Shown: one piece after another, positions 15,317 to 16,178 of the stretch | How the letters are laid out: each line of letters opens with the position of its first letter | Numbering within the stretch: the stretch's first letter is position 1 | Source of the DNA: a virus | DNA length: 16,178 bases | Strand: one strand, 5' to 3' | Virus genome (UHGV): UHGV-1561483 | The notes under the pieces: model-generated | What the model was told of the DNA's origin: nothing | Databases searched by the model: none | Seen by the model: only the letters and a program-made list of their open reading frames with translations | Translations under genes and position numbers: made by a program

Positions 15317-15389
15317 TCACATTCTGTATATTACCATTCTAAGCTATCGTTCCCTTCTTATCGTTCCCTAAAATAATTTTCACAAAGTT

Positions 15390-15419
15390 GTTTACAAGAA
15401 GTTCAAACTGTGGTATTAT
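15390..15419 (+). promoter_or_regulatory. T4-early-type sigma70 promoter
   Basis: GTTTAC 15390-15395, 18-bp spacer, TGG-TATTAT 15411-15419; upstream TTTTCACAAA element shared with the 3130 promoter. Confidence 0.65.
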
Positions 15420-15449
15420 TAACATATGAATTGCCTTTGAGGAATTGAT

Positions 15450-15626
15450 ATGGTTGATAAAGAGATTAAAAGGGATCAGTATTATCGTGTTAACGGACAT
15501 ATTGTTATTGTTACAGCAGTAGATGATCTAGATGTTCATTATACTGTACTTAAATGGAACAAACGCATGATTTGTGATCGTGCTGTATTTAGTTCAGTTG
15601 CTAAGGAAATTAAACTCCATGGGTAA
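15450..15626 (+). CDS. possible small ORF (58 aa), below the ORF-track size cutoff
   Basis: ATG 15450 about 7 nt after GAGG and about 30 nt downstream of the promoter -10; ends TAA 15624-15626, overlapping the next start. Confidence 0.4.
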   Translation: MVDKEIKRDQYYRVNGHIVIVTAVDDLDVHYTVLKWNKRMICDRAVFSSVAKEIKLHG

Positions 15627-15912
15627 AACGTATCGTCGTAAAGATTTAAAAGTACGTGATTATGACTATTTCGGAAAGCGTAAAGCTCCTGATGGTGTAA
15701 GTCATAAAGATATGGTTGAAAACATTTTTCGCTCTGATAAATGGCGTAGAATGAAAGGCATTGATTCAGAAGTTAAAGATGAGTTAAATCGTCAATTACG
15801 CGGTGAAGTAAGAAAGTTGAAAAAATCAGTTTACATTGACGATGATTTTGATTACAATACTTCTCAACGAGTTGCTAAGCGTAAATCAAACGAGTGCTAT
15901 CGTTACAGCTGA
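15619..15912 (+). CDS. small highly basic protein (97 aa)
   Basis: ORF-track start 15574 is GTG with no RBS; ATG 15619 chosen. Very rich in Lys/Arg (YRRKDLKVR, GKRKAP, RKLKK, AKRKS). Confidence 0.5.
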   Translation: MGKTYRRKDLKVRDYDYFGKRKAPDGVSHKDMVENIFRSDKWRRMKGIDSEVKDELNRQLRGEVRKLKKSVYIDDDFDYNTSQRVAKRKSNECYRYS

Positions 15913-15919
15913 GGAAAAT

Positions 15920-16051
15920 ATGAATATCAAACGCATGCTTTTTAAACAGGGATTATATACTTTAAATGTTGCTCCAAAAGGCGATACGACCAAGTGGTCA
16001 GTAAATGACTGGATTAAATTTATTGATGAAAATGGTAATTGGAAAATTTAA
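15920..16051 (+). CDS. hypothetical small protein (43 aa)
   Basis: ORF-track start 15836 overlaps the previous gene; ATG 15920 follows GAGGA (15911-15915). Confidence 0.35.
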   Translation: MNIKRMLFKQGLYTLNVAPKGDTTKWSVNDWIKFIDENGNWKI

Positions 16052-16178
16052 ATGAATCCTGAATCTAAATTATCGCAACGAATTGCTGAAGCTCGTCGCC
16101 AGTTCTTTGAAAATATGATAGCCCAGGGTATTGATGACGAAGTTTTTCTGAACTGGTTTTGGAATCACAAATATTCAA
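16052..16178 (+). CDS. 5' end of a hypothetical protein (continues past window end)
   Basis: ATG 16052 directly after the upstream TAA; open to the window end (MNPESKLSQRIAEARRQFFENM...). Confidence 0.4.
   Translation, partial: MNPESKLSQRIAEARRQFFENMIAQGIDDEVFLNWFWNHKYS

Noticed and set aside
16052-16178. Partial ORF at the window end as the late sigma factor gp55
   Set aside because: The N-terminal sequence MNPESKLSQRIAEARRQ does not match what I recall of T4 gp55; left as hypothetical.
1-16178. tRNA genes, CRISPR arrays, integrase/transposase or prophage att sites
   Set aside because: No intergenic region is long enough or has cloverleaf-like structure; no spaced direct repeats; no recombinase-like ORFs. 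The content is consistent with a lytic T-even genome segment.

Overview
The window reads as a contiguous early-gene block of a T4-like (T-even) myovirus, with every credible gene on the + strand and AT-rich, tightly packed coding (many ATGA/TAATG start-stop overlaps). The 3' half is recognisable from sequence: thioredoxin nrdC (CVYC), gene 49 endonuclease VII (Cys23/26/58/61 zinc site), an uninterrupted anaerobic ribonucleotide reductase nrdD (zinc ribbon Cys543-564, glycyl-radical Gly580), its activase nrdG (CxxxCxxC), and a CPGC glutaredoxin-like gene. The 5' 10 kb is accessory-type content with no product I can name. The most interesting parts are a tandem array of four divergent paralogs (5625-9587) sharing an N-terminal motif, an internal motif and a Pro-rich linker plus C-terminal coiled coil; a nucleotidyltransferase-fold protein followed by an AAA+ ATPase (2064-4162); and a second tandem paralog pair (533-1603). 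Three T4-early-type promoters (GTTTAC-N18-TAxTAT), two intrinsic terminators, an exact 22-bp duplicated promoter segment, and a recurring CCA-RGGA-TGG inverted repeat abutting -10 elements are visible. No tRNA, CRISPR array, transposase/integrase or intron was seen. Several ORF-track starts (TTG/GTG, or ATGs inside a promoter or terminator) were moved to the downstream ATG with a Shine-Dalgarno. All functional calls for the unnamed genes are motif-level inference and need homology or structure searches, which I could not run.
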